Assembly: GCA_035308025.1 (NCBI GenBank)
Contig: DATGHL010000045.1
Coordinates: 56,014 to 120,013, forward strand
Length of the DNA stretch: 64,000 bases
Direction of reading: 5' to 3'
DNA from: Candidatus Binataceae bacterium
GTDB taxonomy: Bacteria; Desulfobacterota; Binatia; Binatales; Binataceae
The first letter of the stretch is position 1. The number at the start of each line of letters is the position of its first letter. This document shows positions 19,163-28,121 of the stretch, piece by piece. Made by a program: the position numbers and the translations under genes. The notes under the pieces were generated by a model. That model was not told the DNA's origin. It worked only from the letters and a program-made list of their open reading frames with translations, and did no database searches.

Positions 19163-19501
19163 CTACGCGGGGACGGGAGGAGCTCGGGAGGCGGGGCGTG
19201 CGATGAAGGTGGCGACCAGCTCGCCGTTAGACTCCGCGGCGATTCGATACTTCGAGATCGAAGCGTCCGCCAGCGCCGACGCGGCATTCGGGTTTGGTGG
19301 CGAGTGGAGATGAAAGGCGCAGACCGCGCAGAGGACGTCGGTCTCGGTGACGCGAGTGTTTTGCGTCAGCCCACGGCGCGGATCGTGCTGATGATAATGC
19401 GCGGCCGCAAAGGACTGCACGAGCAGAAGCAATGCCGCGCCGGCAAAAACGATGACGCGCCGGCGTCTTGAGGCGTCGTGCCCGAACCCTCTAATCATCA
19501 C
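19163..19501 (-). CDS. small exported/membrane-anchored protein with His-rich and CxxC motifs (DUF2946-like; weak call)
   Basis: 112 aa; N-terminal RRRR plus hydrophobic helix VIVFAGAALLLLVQSFAAA, then HYHQHD and CAVCAFHLH. Sits immediately upstream of the TonB-dependent receptor. Confidence 0.4.
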   Translation of the reverse strand: MMIRGFGHDASRRRRVIVFAGAALLLLVQSFAAAHYHQHDPRRGLTQNTRVTETDVLCAVCAFHLHSPPNPNAASALADASISKYRIAAESNGELVATFIARPASRAPPVPA

Positions 19502-19638
19502 GAACCGCCTTGGACGCTAGCGCAACCGGATCATCGAGGCAACGACGCGGCACGGGACCCTTCTCGCGCCGCCGCGATTCTGTAAAGCTCGTTCTGGGAG
19601 CAGGGGCGGAGCGGCTCGCAGCAGCCGGGAGAGGGTTC

Positions 19639-20820
19639 ATGATACGTGCGGGCGCAGGTTATTCGGTCGCCGCTAATCCACGGACCGCGGCAGTGGAAGC
19701 GACGCAGTCGGCGCTGCGAAATGCCGGGCTGCGCACGGCCGACGCCGTCATCTGTTTTGCCAGCAGCAAGCACGGCGGCGCTTTCCCGCTGCTGGTGCGC
19801 ACGGTAGGGGAAGTAGCCGGGACGGCCGAGGTGGCGGGCTGCGGCAGTATCGGCGTAATCGCCGGCGGCCGCGAGATCGAATCAGGTCACGGCGTCGCGG
19901 CTTTGGTGATGGGCGCCGAGGAGATTACGGTTTCGCGGTTTTTCGTGCCGCAATTACGGCAGCGCTCGCGCGAAGTCGCACTCGAACTGGCGGTGGCGGT
20001 GCGCCCGCGGCTCGGCCCGAACAATCTGCTCTGCCTCTTCGCCGACACTTACAACCTCGAACCCGAACCGTTCATCGCGACGCTCGCAGCCGAGCTGCCG
20101 GGCGTGACTCTGGTCGGCGGCGGCGCCAGCGAGGACGGCGCAATTGGCGAGACTTTTCAGTTCTGCGGCGACGTCGTCAGCTCGAATTCGGTCTCCGCGA
20201 CGCTGCTTGCCGGCGACCTTCACGTCAGCGTCGGCGCGGCGCTGGCCTGCGCACCGATTGGGCCGATCCGCCGCGTAACCGCAGCGCGCGACAATGTAAT
20301 TCTCGAACTTGACGGGCGGCGCGCCTATGACGTTTTCGCCGAAGCCGCCGGTCCCTTGATGAGTGATATTCGTCGAGCCTCGGCGTTTATGTTTCTCGGC
20401 GTGCCGGTCGCACCGGCCGCCGAACGCCTTGAGCGCGGCGCCTTTTTCGTGCGCAACATCACCGGAGTCAGCGCCGAGCATGGCGCGCTCGCCGTGGCGC
20501 ATCGGCCCGCGGTCGGCGATCGCGTGGGCTTTGTTCTGCGCGATGCCGAACGGTCGCGCAACGAACTCAAAGCGATGCTCGAAATGCTGAGCGCGCCGGG
20601 TCAGCCAAGGCCGGCTTTCGGACTCTACTTCAATTGCGTTTCGCGGGGCTCCGGACTCTACAACCTGCCGGATCACGATTCCGCCTATATCGGGCAGCAC
20701 TTCGGCGACCTTCCGATCGCCGGGCTCTTTACCGGATTCGAGATTGGGCCGCTTGCCGGCGCTGCCGGACTGCTCCAGTACAGCGGCGTGTTGGCGCTGA
20801 TCTCGGAGCCGCCGGCATGA
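19639..20820 (+). CDS. FIST-domain (FIST_N + FIST_C) sensory protein
   Basis: I prefer ATG 19639, after GGGAGAGG (MIRAGAGYSVAANPRTAAVEA); the tracked TTG start is 43 codons upstream. About 393 aa, with no output domain. Confidence 0.6.
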   Translation: MIRAGAGYSVAANPRTAAVEATQSALRNAGLRTADAVICFASSKHGGAFPLLVRTVGEVAGTAEVAGCGSIGVIAGGREIESGHGVAALVMGAEEITVSRFFVPQLRQRSREVALELAVAVRPRLGPNNLLCLFADTYNLEPEPFIATLAAELPGVTLVGGGASEDGAIGETFQFCGDVVSSNSVSATLLAGDLHVSVGAALACAPIGPIRRVTAARDNVILELDGRRAYDVFAEAAGPLMSDIRRASAFMFLGVPVAPAAERLERGAFFVRNITGVSAEHGALAVAHRPAVGDRVGFVLRDAERSRNELKAMLEMLSAPGQPRPAFGLYFNCVSRGSGLYNLPDHDSAYIGQHFGDLPIAGLFTGFEIGPLAGAAGLLQYSGVLALISEPPA

Positions 20821-21260
20821 GTCAGCTCGCGCCCAGCGGTCGCGCCGCCGGTGCGCTCTGCGAAGCGGCGGGGCGGCCACCCGAGCCTCCGCCGAAAAGA
20901 GATCCGCGGGTTTATTTCGCCGCGGAGCGAACCTTCCTGGCCTGGATCCGCACCGGATTGGCTTTAATGGGCTTCGGCTTCGTGGTCGCGCGCTTCGGGC
21001 TCTTTCTCAAGGAATTGGGCGAGACCCATCCGGAGTTTCGCATCAGTTCATTCGGCTTCTCACTCGGTCTTGGCACCGGACTGATCGTGATCGGAGTGTT
21101 CGTAAATCTTTACTCGATGCTTCATTATCGCGGTCTCCTCGCTCGCCTCAATCAGGGGCGCGAGGTCGTCGGACGTCCGTCGCTGATCGCGACGTTGGTG
21201 CCTGTGAGCCTGGCGCTGTGCGGGGTGGCGATGGCGATCTATCTGGTCGCGATACATTAA
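20817..21260 (+). CDS. DUF202/YidH-like membrane protein
   Basis: ATG 20817 overlaps the FIST stop (ATGA). RVYFAAERTFLAWIRTGLALMGFGFVVARF is the DUF202 signature. Three TM helices. Confidence 0.6.
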   Translation: MSQLAPSGRAAGALCEAAGRPPEPPPKRDPRVYFAAERTFLAWIRTGLALMGFGFVVARFGLFLKELGETHPEFRISSFGFSLGLGTGLIVIGVFVNLYSMLHYRGLLARLNQGREVVGRPSLIATLVPVSLALCGVAMAIYLVAIH

Positions 21261-21403
21261 CACCAGCGTTTCGCGGAAGAGCGAGAAGGCGAGTCCGCGC
21301 TTGCAGTCACGCGCGCGATAGTGGTTAGTTAATTCTCGATCATCACGCCGGCATCGCCGGCGTTTTTGCCCCAGGGAAAAACCATCAACGGAGGACGAGC
21401 GAC

Positions 21404-22534
21404 TTGGATTTTGGCTTTTCAGAAGAACAGGAAATGTTGCGCGACGCGGCCAAACGGTTTCTCGCCGACAATTGTTCGACCAAATTTGTCCGGCAGATGA
21501 TGGCTGACCCGACGGCTCACGACGCCGCCTTCTGGAGCAAGCTGGTCGGCCAGGGTTGGCCGGGCCTGCTGATTCCCGCGCAATATGGCGGCGCCGACGG
21601 CACGTTCCTCGATATGACGGTGATCGTCGAGGAGCTCGGCAAGGCGCTGATTCCTGGGCCATTCTTCGCCGCCGCGCTGCTCGGCGCTCCGGTCTTTCTC
21701 GAAGGCGCTTCCGACGCACTGAAGAAAGAATTTTTGCCCAAGATGGCCGAGGGCAAGTTTATCGCCACCGTCGCGATCGCCGAAGCGGCGGGGCGTTTTG
21801 ATGCCGGCGGGATCGAGCTCAAGGCAGCGAAAAAGGGCGCGGGCTATACGCTCAGCGGCGAAAAGTTCTTCGTTCCCGACGCCCAGGTCGCCGACGCGAT
21901 CGTGGTGGCGGCGCGAACAGGCTCCGGCACCGGGCAGAACGGTATCACGCTGCTATGCGTTCCGACGACGGAGAAGGGCGTCATCATCACCCAGCTCAAG
22001 ACCGTCGATATGACGCGGCGCGTATGTCATGTGAAATTCGATCAGGTTCAGGCCGACACAGTGATCGGCAAGGAAAACGAGGGCTGGACGGTGCTGGCGC
22101 GGGTGCTCGACGTCGCGACGGCGGCGCTCTCCACCGAGATGGTCGGGACAGCGCAAAAGGCGCTGGATATCGCGGTCGAGTACGCGAAAACCCGCGTTCA
22201 GTTCGGCAAGCCGATCGGTTCGTTTCAGGCGATCAAGCACAAGTGCGTCGATATGATGGTCGCAGTCGAGAACGCGCGATCGCTGGCCTATTACGCCGCC
22301 TGGACGGTTGACGAGCGCGTGCCCGAGGCCGGCACCGCGGTCCCGATGGCGAAGGCTTACGCGTCCGACATGGCGAAGAATGTCACCTCGGAGGCGATCC
22401 AGGTGCACGGCGGTATCGGCTTTACCTGGGAGCACGACATGCACCTTTATCATCGTCGCGCACTGGCGGGCGAGGCTAATCTGGGCAACGCCCCGATCCA
22501 TCGCGAGACCGTGGCGAAGTCGCTGCTGAGTTAA
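21404..22534 (+). CDS. acyl-CoA dehydrogenase
   Basis: 376 aa; TTG start (MDFGFSEEQEMLRDAAKRFL). FQAIKHKCVDM and IQVHGGIGFTWEHD are ACAD C-terminal motifs. Confidence 0.8.
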   Translation: MDFGFSEEQEMLRDAAKRFLADNCSTKFVRQMMADPTAHDAAFWSKLVGQGWPGLLIPAQYGGADGTFLDMTVIVEELGKALIPGPFFAAALLGAPVFLEGASDALKKEFLPKMAEGKFIATVAIAEAAGRFDAGGIELKAAKKGAGYTLSGEKFFVPDAQVADAIVVAARTGSGTGQNGITLLCVPTTEKGVIITQLKTVDMTRRVCHVKFDQVQADTVIGKENEGWTVLARVLDVATAALSTEMVGTAQKALDIAVEYAKTRVQFGKPIGSFQAIKHKCVDMMVAVENARSLAYYAAWTVDERVPEAGTAVPMAKAYASDMAKNVTSEAIQVHGGIGFTWEHDMHLYHRRALAGEANLGNAPIHRETVAKSLLS

Positions 22535-22553
22535 GCGCCGCTGCGAACAAAAG

Positions 22554-22586
22554 AATGGGGCGCGTCCGTAAAGGACGCGCCCCATT
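22554..22586. terminator. hairpin terminator between convergent genes
   Basis: AATGGGGCGCGTCC-GTAAA-GGACGCGCCCCATT; a perfect 14-bp stem followed by TTTG. Confidence 0.65.
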
Positions 22587-22641
22587 TGCTAGTGGCCTGA
22601 TCGACCCGGCTTCGCGGCCAGGGCCGACGTTCAGTTCGTAG

Positions 22642-23997
22642 TTAACGCATGATCATCTGAAGACCTGACGGACTGCCATACTTGACGCCGTCGAGGTATT
22701 CCTTGGGCGCGTTGATGCCGAGATAAGGCTTGATCTTCTTGTCATTGCCAAATCCCGACCAGATGGTCTGATGGCCATTCTGGAAATCCATCGCCATCGA
22801 GGAAACGCCGTCCCAGCTATGACCAAGCCCGGGTACGTTGTCCGACGCGTCGTTGTAATACGCAATTGACTTCCACAGCTTGTGGTTCGAGTCGAACAGA
22901 TCAACCCAGTTGCCATTCCAGTGCTCGCGATCCGCGTAGAGGATGCGGCTCGAATAGCAGTAGCCCGCCGCTTCGCTTGGTATGCGGGTCACGTCAGCAA
23001 TCGCATGCGGACGCTGTTCCCACGCGCCCCAACTCGGCTTCGGGAAGCCCAGCGGCATCAGGTAGCCGTCAGGGAAGATCGCGCCATCCTGATTGAAGTG
23101 CGCCAGCGTCAGCAGCTTGCGGTCGCCGAGGAAGTTACCGGTATAGATCGAGGTGCTGCCGTTGAAGCCATTGGTCTTCGCATCATCGTAAGTCCAGTCA
23201 AAGCCGAACACCGGCGAGCAGCGCGCGGTGCTGGCCAAGCGCAGTGAACGGCGCAGCGCCGGCACGAACACGTAGGTGTCCGGGAAGGGAGCCTTTTCCT
23301 GATCGGTGTAGAACAGGTTGAGCGACGCCGTGTAACGCGCCTGTTCCGGTGATTCTTCCATCAGCCACTCGGTGTACCAGGTGCCCGGGGCATAGTTCAG
23401 AGTCGTCGGAAAGTTCGGGTCAGTAATGTAGTCGCTCCAGCGATAGACCACGTCAAGCTTGGTCTGATTAACGTTGCCGTAACGATCCAGCGCCCACACC
23501 GAGCCATAATTGTCCCCGACTGCATTCACGTAAACCGCCGGCTGGTAGGCCCAGAAGGTGTTGGCGAGGATTTTCCAGCCCTTGTTGGGCTCCTGCGGAT
23601 TCGGAAAGGGCGTTCCGCCGTGATAGTTATGCATCACGTAATGGCCATTGGGTAGGACTTCTACCGTAGTCTGCGCGCCATACTTTTCGGTCGCATCCAG
23701 CCAGCTCTTCGGCAAGGCGTTATACTTCGCCGCTGCGACATCGATCTCAGCTCCGGGAGGCATTTTCCAGAAATACTTGCCCTCCCACAGCTTATCCATG
23801 CCGAGTGGCATCGCGTACTGGAACTGCTGCCAGTTGGCGGCGGTGATCTTCGTGCCGATCGGAACGTCCGCCTGAGTCGCCGATCCCTTCAGCCATGCAT
23901 CAATTTCACTGCGGTCGGTCGATTGCGACCAGCCCAGCGAGGGCAATAGGGCAATAACCAGCCCGATTGCCATTAAGCGGCCTAAACACTTCATCAT
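22642..23997 (-). CDS. secreted DUF1329-like protein (outer-membrane lipoprotein-sorting-like; moderate call)
   Basis: I prefer ATG 23997 (MMKCLGRLMAIGLVIALLPSLGWSQS, a signal peptide). About 451 aa and Trp/Tyr-rich; motifs YHGGTPFPNPQEPNKGWK and YADREHWNGNW. Confidence 0.5.
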   Translation of the reverse strand: MMKCLGRLMAIGLVIALLPSLGWSQSTDRSEIDAWLKGSATQADVPIGTKITAANWQQFQYAMPLGMDKLWEGKYFWKMPPGAEIDVAAAKYNALPKSWLDATEKYGAQTTVEVLPNGHYVMHNYHGGTPFPNPQEPNKGWKILANTFWAYQPAVYVNAVGDNYGSVWALDRYGNVNQTKLDVVYRWSDYITDPNFPTTLNYAPGTWYTEWLMEESPEQARYTASLNLFYTDQEKAPFPDTYVFVPALRRSLRLASTARCSPVFGFDWTYDDAKTNGFNGSTSIYTGNFLGDRKLLTLAHFNQDGAIFPDGYLMPLGFPKPSWGAWEQRPHAIADVTRIPSEAAGYCYSSRILYADREHWNGNWVDLFDSNHKLWKSIAYYNDASDNVPGLGHSWDGVSSMAMDFQNGHQTIWSGFGNDKKIKPYLGINAPKEYLDGVKYGSPSGLQMIMR

Positions 23998-24294
23998 ATG
24001 TCTCCCCTGTTCGGTTGAGGCCCTTGCCGAACTCTCGCGAGGTCGCGGCAAGGCAGTTTTCAGTCCCCACGAGCGCACTTTGGAGCAAGATCGGCTTTGA
24101 GGCCGCTCCGGAGGAATTTATACGGATAAAAAAAATCAACTGTCAATATCGACTTTTTCTCCTTTCGATGCCCACGCGAACCCTCCGACAATCGCATGAA
24201 CGTCGGATTAGCCTATGATCCCCTAACTCGCTGACATACGTATCGGTTCCCAGGCGTGAGAGGTAGGAAATCTTGGGGTGTCCGTCCGGGCGCG

Positions 24295-25690
24295 CTAGAA
24301 CAGTGGCAGCCTGATACCGGCCGTGATCAGTGCGCCGCTCGCGACCCCGGTCAACGCTTCGCCCGCGATCATGCCGGCCGCAATCAGAAGCCCCGGGCCC
24401 GCCTGTGCGTCGCGCTGCCGACGGAAGAGCAGCCCCCCAAGCGCACCGGCGAGAATTGTCACTCCGAGTCCGAAGGGCAGGTACAGCCCGATCGCCACCG
24501 GCATCACCGGCGTGCGCCAGCCATAGCCGCCTCGATCCAAGGCGCGATCGCTGATCAGGAGCATGGTCGCGAGCGCCGCGCCCACCGCGATCGTGCCCCA
24601 CGGCAGACCGCCGAAGAAGACGCCGTCAGCCACCTTGGCCATCAGGAAAGCCTGGGGTGCGGAGAGTGCGTGCGCGCCGGCGGCCGGCGTTCCGGCGATG
24701 CCGTAGGCGCGGATCAGCAGATTCAGAATCGGCGCCATCACGAAGGCCGAGACGGCGGCGCCGCTGAGCACCGCGATTTCGAGCGCGCGCGGCGTCGCGC
24801 GCAAATGAAACCCGGTGGCGAGATCGTGCAGGGAGTCGCCGGCCATCGCGGCCGCGACACAAACCACCGCGCCGGAGAGGATCGCGAGGCGCGGCCCGAG
24901 CGCGGCGCTCACGCCGCCCAATTTGAGCATCAGGGCGATCGCCAGCAGCACTATAATCGTCACGCCCGAGACCGGATTGTTCGAGGCTCCGACCACGCCG
25001 GTCAGATAGCCGGCGACGGCTGACGCAAAAAATCCGATCAGCACGAGCAGCAGCGCGAGCGCCACGCTGAGCCCGAGGCTGCCGCTCAAACGGTAAATGA
25101 TGACGGTGATCGCCGGCAGGCAGAGCGCGACCGCGATCGCGATGACCCGCGGCGGCAGGTCGAGGGCCTCGCGCGGGACGCGCGCCGCGGCGTCGCCTGC
25201 GCGCATCAGGCGCGAACTCTCCGCGATCCCGCCCGTGATGGAGCGGCGCAAGCGCCACAAGGTTGCCGCCCCGCCGACCACATCGCGCCGACGCCGAGAT
25301 AGCGCGTCTGTTCGTTCCAGATTTTTTGCGCGGCGGCGGCCGCCGCGAGTCCGCGCAATTCGGGATGAGTCGCGCGGGGAAGGTGAAGATCGCGCCTGCA
25401 GCGACTGCCTCGCCCGCGGAGGCGACGGTCTGGACGACGTTGTTCTCGAGCATAGTCGCGCGTCCGAGAAGGCGCAGCAGCGCCATCGAGATGACGGCTG
25501 CCGGAATGCTCGCTGAGACCGTCATGCCGGCGTAAAGCCCGAGATAGGCATTGGCCGCGCCGAGGATTAACGCGAGGATCGCGCCGAGAATGAAGGCGCG
25601 AACCGTCAGCTCGCGCTGCGCAAGCAGAGACCGTGCAGCGGGTCTAGGCGCAGGCTCGGACACGTCGCGACTATATCCGAATCGCCGCAA
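24295..25690 (-). pseudogene. OPT-family oligopeptide transporter, disrupted by two frameshifts
   Basis: The N-terminal frame (ELTVRAFILGAILALILGAANAYLGLYAGMTVSASIPAAVISMALL...AIFTFPA) is lost at about 25371. The G/C-rich middle frame reads THPELRGLAAAAAAQKIWNEQTRYLGVGAMW. A second shift at about 25279 leads into the tracked C-terminal ORF (VGGAATLWRL...NNPVSGVTIIVLL...). Confidence 0.6.
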
Positions 25691-25732
25691 GCGTGACGCG
25701 CTCGCCTGCGGCCCCAGAATCGTGTGCAGAAA

Positions 25733-26242
25733 CTACGAGGCGTGGCCCTCGCTGCCGCTCACGAGCGTGGTCGGCTGGCCCGCCTGCTTCCACCCCTTGA
25801 TACCGTCGGCCATCACACTGACGTTTTCGTAGCCGGCTTTGACCGCCCGCCGGGCGGCCTCATGCGACGCCGTTCAAAGAGTGTTCGCGCAATAGAAGAC
25901 CAGCTTCGCCTTTTTGTCTTGCGGCAGTACGGCAAGGTCGTATTTGTTGTCGGAACTCAGCAGGGTTGCGGCCGGAATCACCCCATACTCTGCGCGCGTG
26001 GAGGCGCCGTTAGCGTCATAGATGTGCACCGGCGACTTGGTATCGTTCATCATCGCCTTCAAATCGGCGACGTGGATAATCGAGAAGGTTTCGAGCGTCG
26101 GATCGTTGTCTTCATGACCCAGCAGTTGCGAGAGATCGAACGCGCGCGCCGCCGGCGCGTAGTAACCGGCCGCCAGAATCGTGAGCGCGAAGGGCGCCGC
26201 CACCGTGAGTACACGGGCGAGTCCTCGTCTGATGATGCGCAT
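25733..26242 (-). CDS. exported rhodanese-domain sulfurtransferase with in-frame UGA (candidate selenocysteine) in the active-site loop
   Basis: ATG 26242 lies 9 nt after GGGAGG, giving the signal-like MRIIRRGLARVLTVAAPFALTILAAGYYAPAARA. The tracked ORF ends at TGA 25876-25874 after LVFYCANTL. The same frame continues as TASHEAARRAVKAGYENVSVMADGIKGWKQAGQPTTLVSGSEGHAS to TAG 25735-25733, which completes the rhodanese fold. Confidence 0.65.
25841..25859 (-). promoter_or_regulatory. SECIS-like hairpin downstream of the rhodanese UGA
   Basis: RNA GGCCGCCC-GGC-GGGCGGUC; 8 bp including one G-U. The stem starts at +15 after UGA and the loop sits at +23 to +25. Confidence 0.55.
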
Positions 26243-26448
26243 AAGAGCAGACCTCCCGATCGGAGCTATCACGGGCCGCACCGGCTGCCAAGCTGACTTT
26301 TCTAGCCGCGGGAGTCAGGTGCAGAAGCGCGGGCGTGAGGATTTGAGCAAAGCTGCCGAGCATGGCAGAGTTACGGGCGCAGCAGCTTTCCGTCTCGCGA
26401 CAAAAGGCGGAAGTTCCAGGCAAGCCATAAGGTTAGGACGCATGGAGC

Positions 26449-26970
26449 GTGGCGATGAGTGACGATTTCCGCTCGCGGGCAAAGAAGCTCCCGAAGGGCA
26501 ATCTGTTCGAGGATTTCACCCTCGGCCAAGTCTTTGCGCATCACTGGGGGCGCACTTTGAATCCGAGCGACAATGCCCTCTTCACAACCCTGACGCTGAG
26601 CTACAACCCGCTCTATTTCAACGCGCCGTATGCGCGCGCGCATGGCCATCGCCAACCGGTGGTGAATCCGATGCTGGTTTTTGCAACGGTTTTCGGACTT
26701 TCGGTCGAGGATCTCAGCGAGGCGGGCGGGCTGTTCCTGGGCGTCGATAGCCTGACGTTCCATCGACCGGTCTATCCTGGGGCGACGCTTATCGCGCGCA
26801 GCACGGTGGTCGATAAGCGGGAATCGGCGAGCCGTCCCGAACACGGGATCGTGAGCTGGCATACAGAGGGCTTTTTGATTGACGAACTTGGCAATAAGTC
26901 AGACGGTGAAATTCGCGTCGTCGATTTCCGCCGCTCCAACCTGATTCCGAAGCGAGGTCCGGGCGCATGA
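26449..26970 (+). CDS. MaoC-like (R)-hydratase, mesaconyl/itaconyl-CoA hydratase-like
   Basis: 173 aa (alternative ATG at 26455). FEDFTLGQVFAHHWGRTLNPSDNALFTTLTLSYNPLYFN is a hot-dog hydratase signature. ATGA overlap with the next gene. Confidence 0.65.
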   Translation: MAMSDDFRSRAKKLPKGNLFEDFTLGQVFAHHWGRTLNPSDNALFTTLTLSYNPLYFNAPYARAHGHRQPVVNPMLVFATVFGLSVEDLSEAGGLFLGVDSLTFHRPVYPGATLIARSTVVDKRESASRPEHGIVSWHTEGFLIDELGNKSDGEIRVVDFRRSNLIPKRGPGA

Positions 26971-28121
26971 GTTATATGACCGAAGAACGCAGCATGATTC
27001 AGGATGCGGCGCGCAACTTCGCCATGAACGAAGTTCTGCCGGTCGCCAACAAGCTCGACCCGGTCGAGGGCGACATCCCGATGGAGCTGCGCAACAAGAT
27101 GGGCGAGCTCGGCTACTTCGGCATCCTGATTCCCGAGGACTACGGCGGGCTGGGGCTCGGCTGCTTCGAGTACGCGCTGGTGGCCGAGGAGCTGGCGCGC
27201 GGCTGGATGAGCGTCGCGAGCATCATCGCGCGCGGCAACGGCATCTGGGGCGACATCACGGAGGAACAGAAAAAGCTGTATTTTCCGAAGATGGCGCGCG
27301 GCGAGTTCCTCGGCGCCTTCTCGCTCTCGGAGCCCGACGCCGGCTCGGACCTCGCCAACGTCTCGTGCCGCGCGACGCGCGACGGCGACGACTACGTCAT
27401 CAACGGCACCAAGACTTGGTGCACTTTTGCCGACGGCGCCGACTTCATCCATCTGTTTGCACGGACCTCGCCGCCCGAGGGCAAGCGCCGCCATGTCGGC
27501 ATCACGCAATTCATGATCGAGAAGGAGCGCGGCAAGCTGCCGCCCGGATGCAGCGGGACGCCGATCCGCAAGATCGGCTATTTCGGTTGGCGGACCTGGG
27601 AGCTGCACTTCGACAACTGCCGCATCCCGGCCACGACGATGCTCGGCGGCGAGGGCCGCGGCTTTTACACGATGATGGCGTTTCTCGAAGTCGCCCGCGT
27701 GCATACTGCGGCGCGGGCGATCGGGCTGGCGCGCGGCTCACTCGAGGACTCGCTGGTCTATGCGACCCGTCGCTCGCAGTTCAAACGGCCGATCGCGGAA
27801 TTCCAGGCGATTCGCTTCAAACTCGCCGAGATGGCGGCGAATATCGAGGCGGCGCGCGCATTGATGTACGCCGTCGCCAGCGACGTTGACAGCAAGAAAC
27901 GCTGTGACAAGGAAGCCTCGATGGTCAAGTGGTTCGCTACTGAGATGGCGGAGCGGGTGACCAGCGACGGTTTGCAGATTCACGGCGGCTACGGCTACAC
28001 CAAGGACCTCCCGCTCGAGCGCTACTGGCGGGACGCGCGGCTGACGAAAATCTTTGAGGGGACGTCGCAAATTCAACTGCGGATCATCTCGGATCGCCTG
28101 CTCGGAGGGATGCCCGAATGA
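26967..28121 (+). CDS. acyl-CoA dehydrogenase
   Basis: 384 aa; GAFSLSEPDAGSD, YVINGTKTWCT, FQAIRFKLAEM and LQIHGGYGYTKDLPLERYWRDARL. Confidence 0.8.
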   Translation: MSYMTEERSMIQDAARNFAMNEVLPVANKLDPVEGDIPMELRNKMGELGYFGILIPEDYGGLGLGCFEYALVAEELARGWMSVASIIARGNGIWGDITEEQKKLYFPKMARGEFLGAFSLSEPDAGSDLANVSCRATRDGDDYVINGTKTWCTFADGADFIHLFARTSPPEGKRRHVGITQFMIEKERGKLPPGCSGTPIRKIGYFGWRTWELHFDNCRIPATTMLGGEGRGFYTMMAFLEVARVHTAARAIGLARGSLEDSLVYATRRSQFKRPIAEFQAIRFKLAEMAANIEAARALMYAVASDVDSKKRCDKEASMVKWFATEMAERVTSDGLQIHGGYGYTKDLPLERYWRDARLTKIFEGTSQIQLRIISDRLLGGMPE

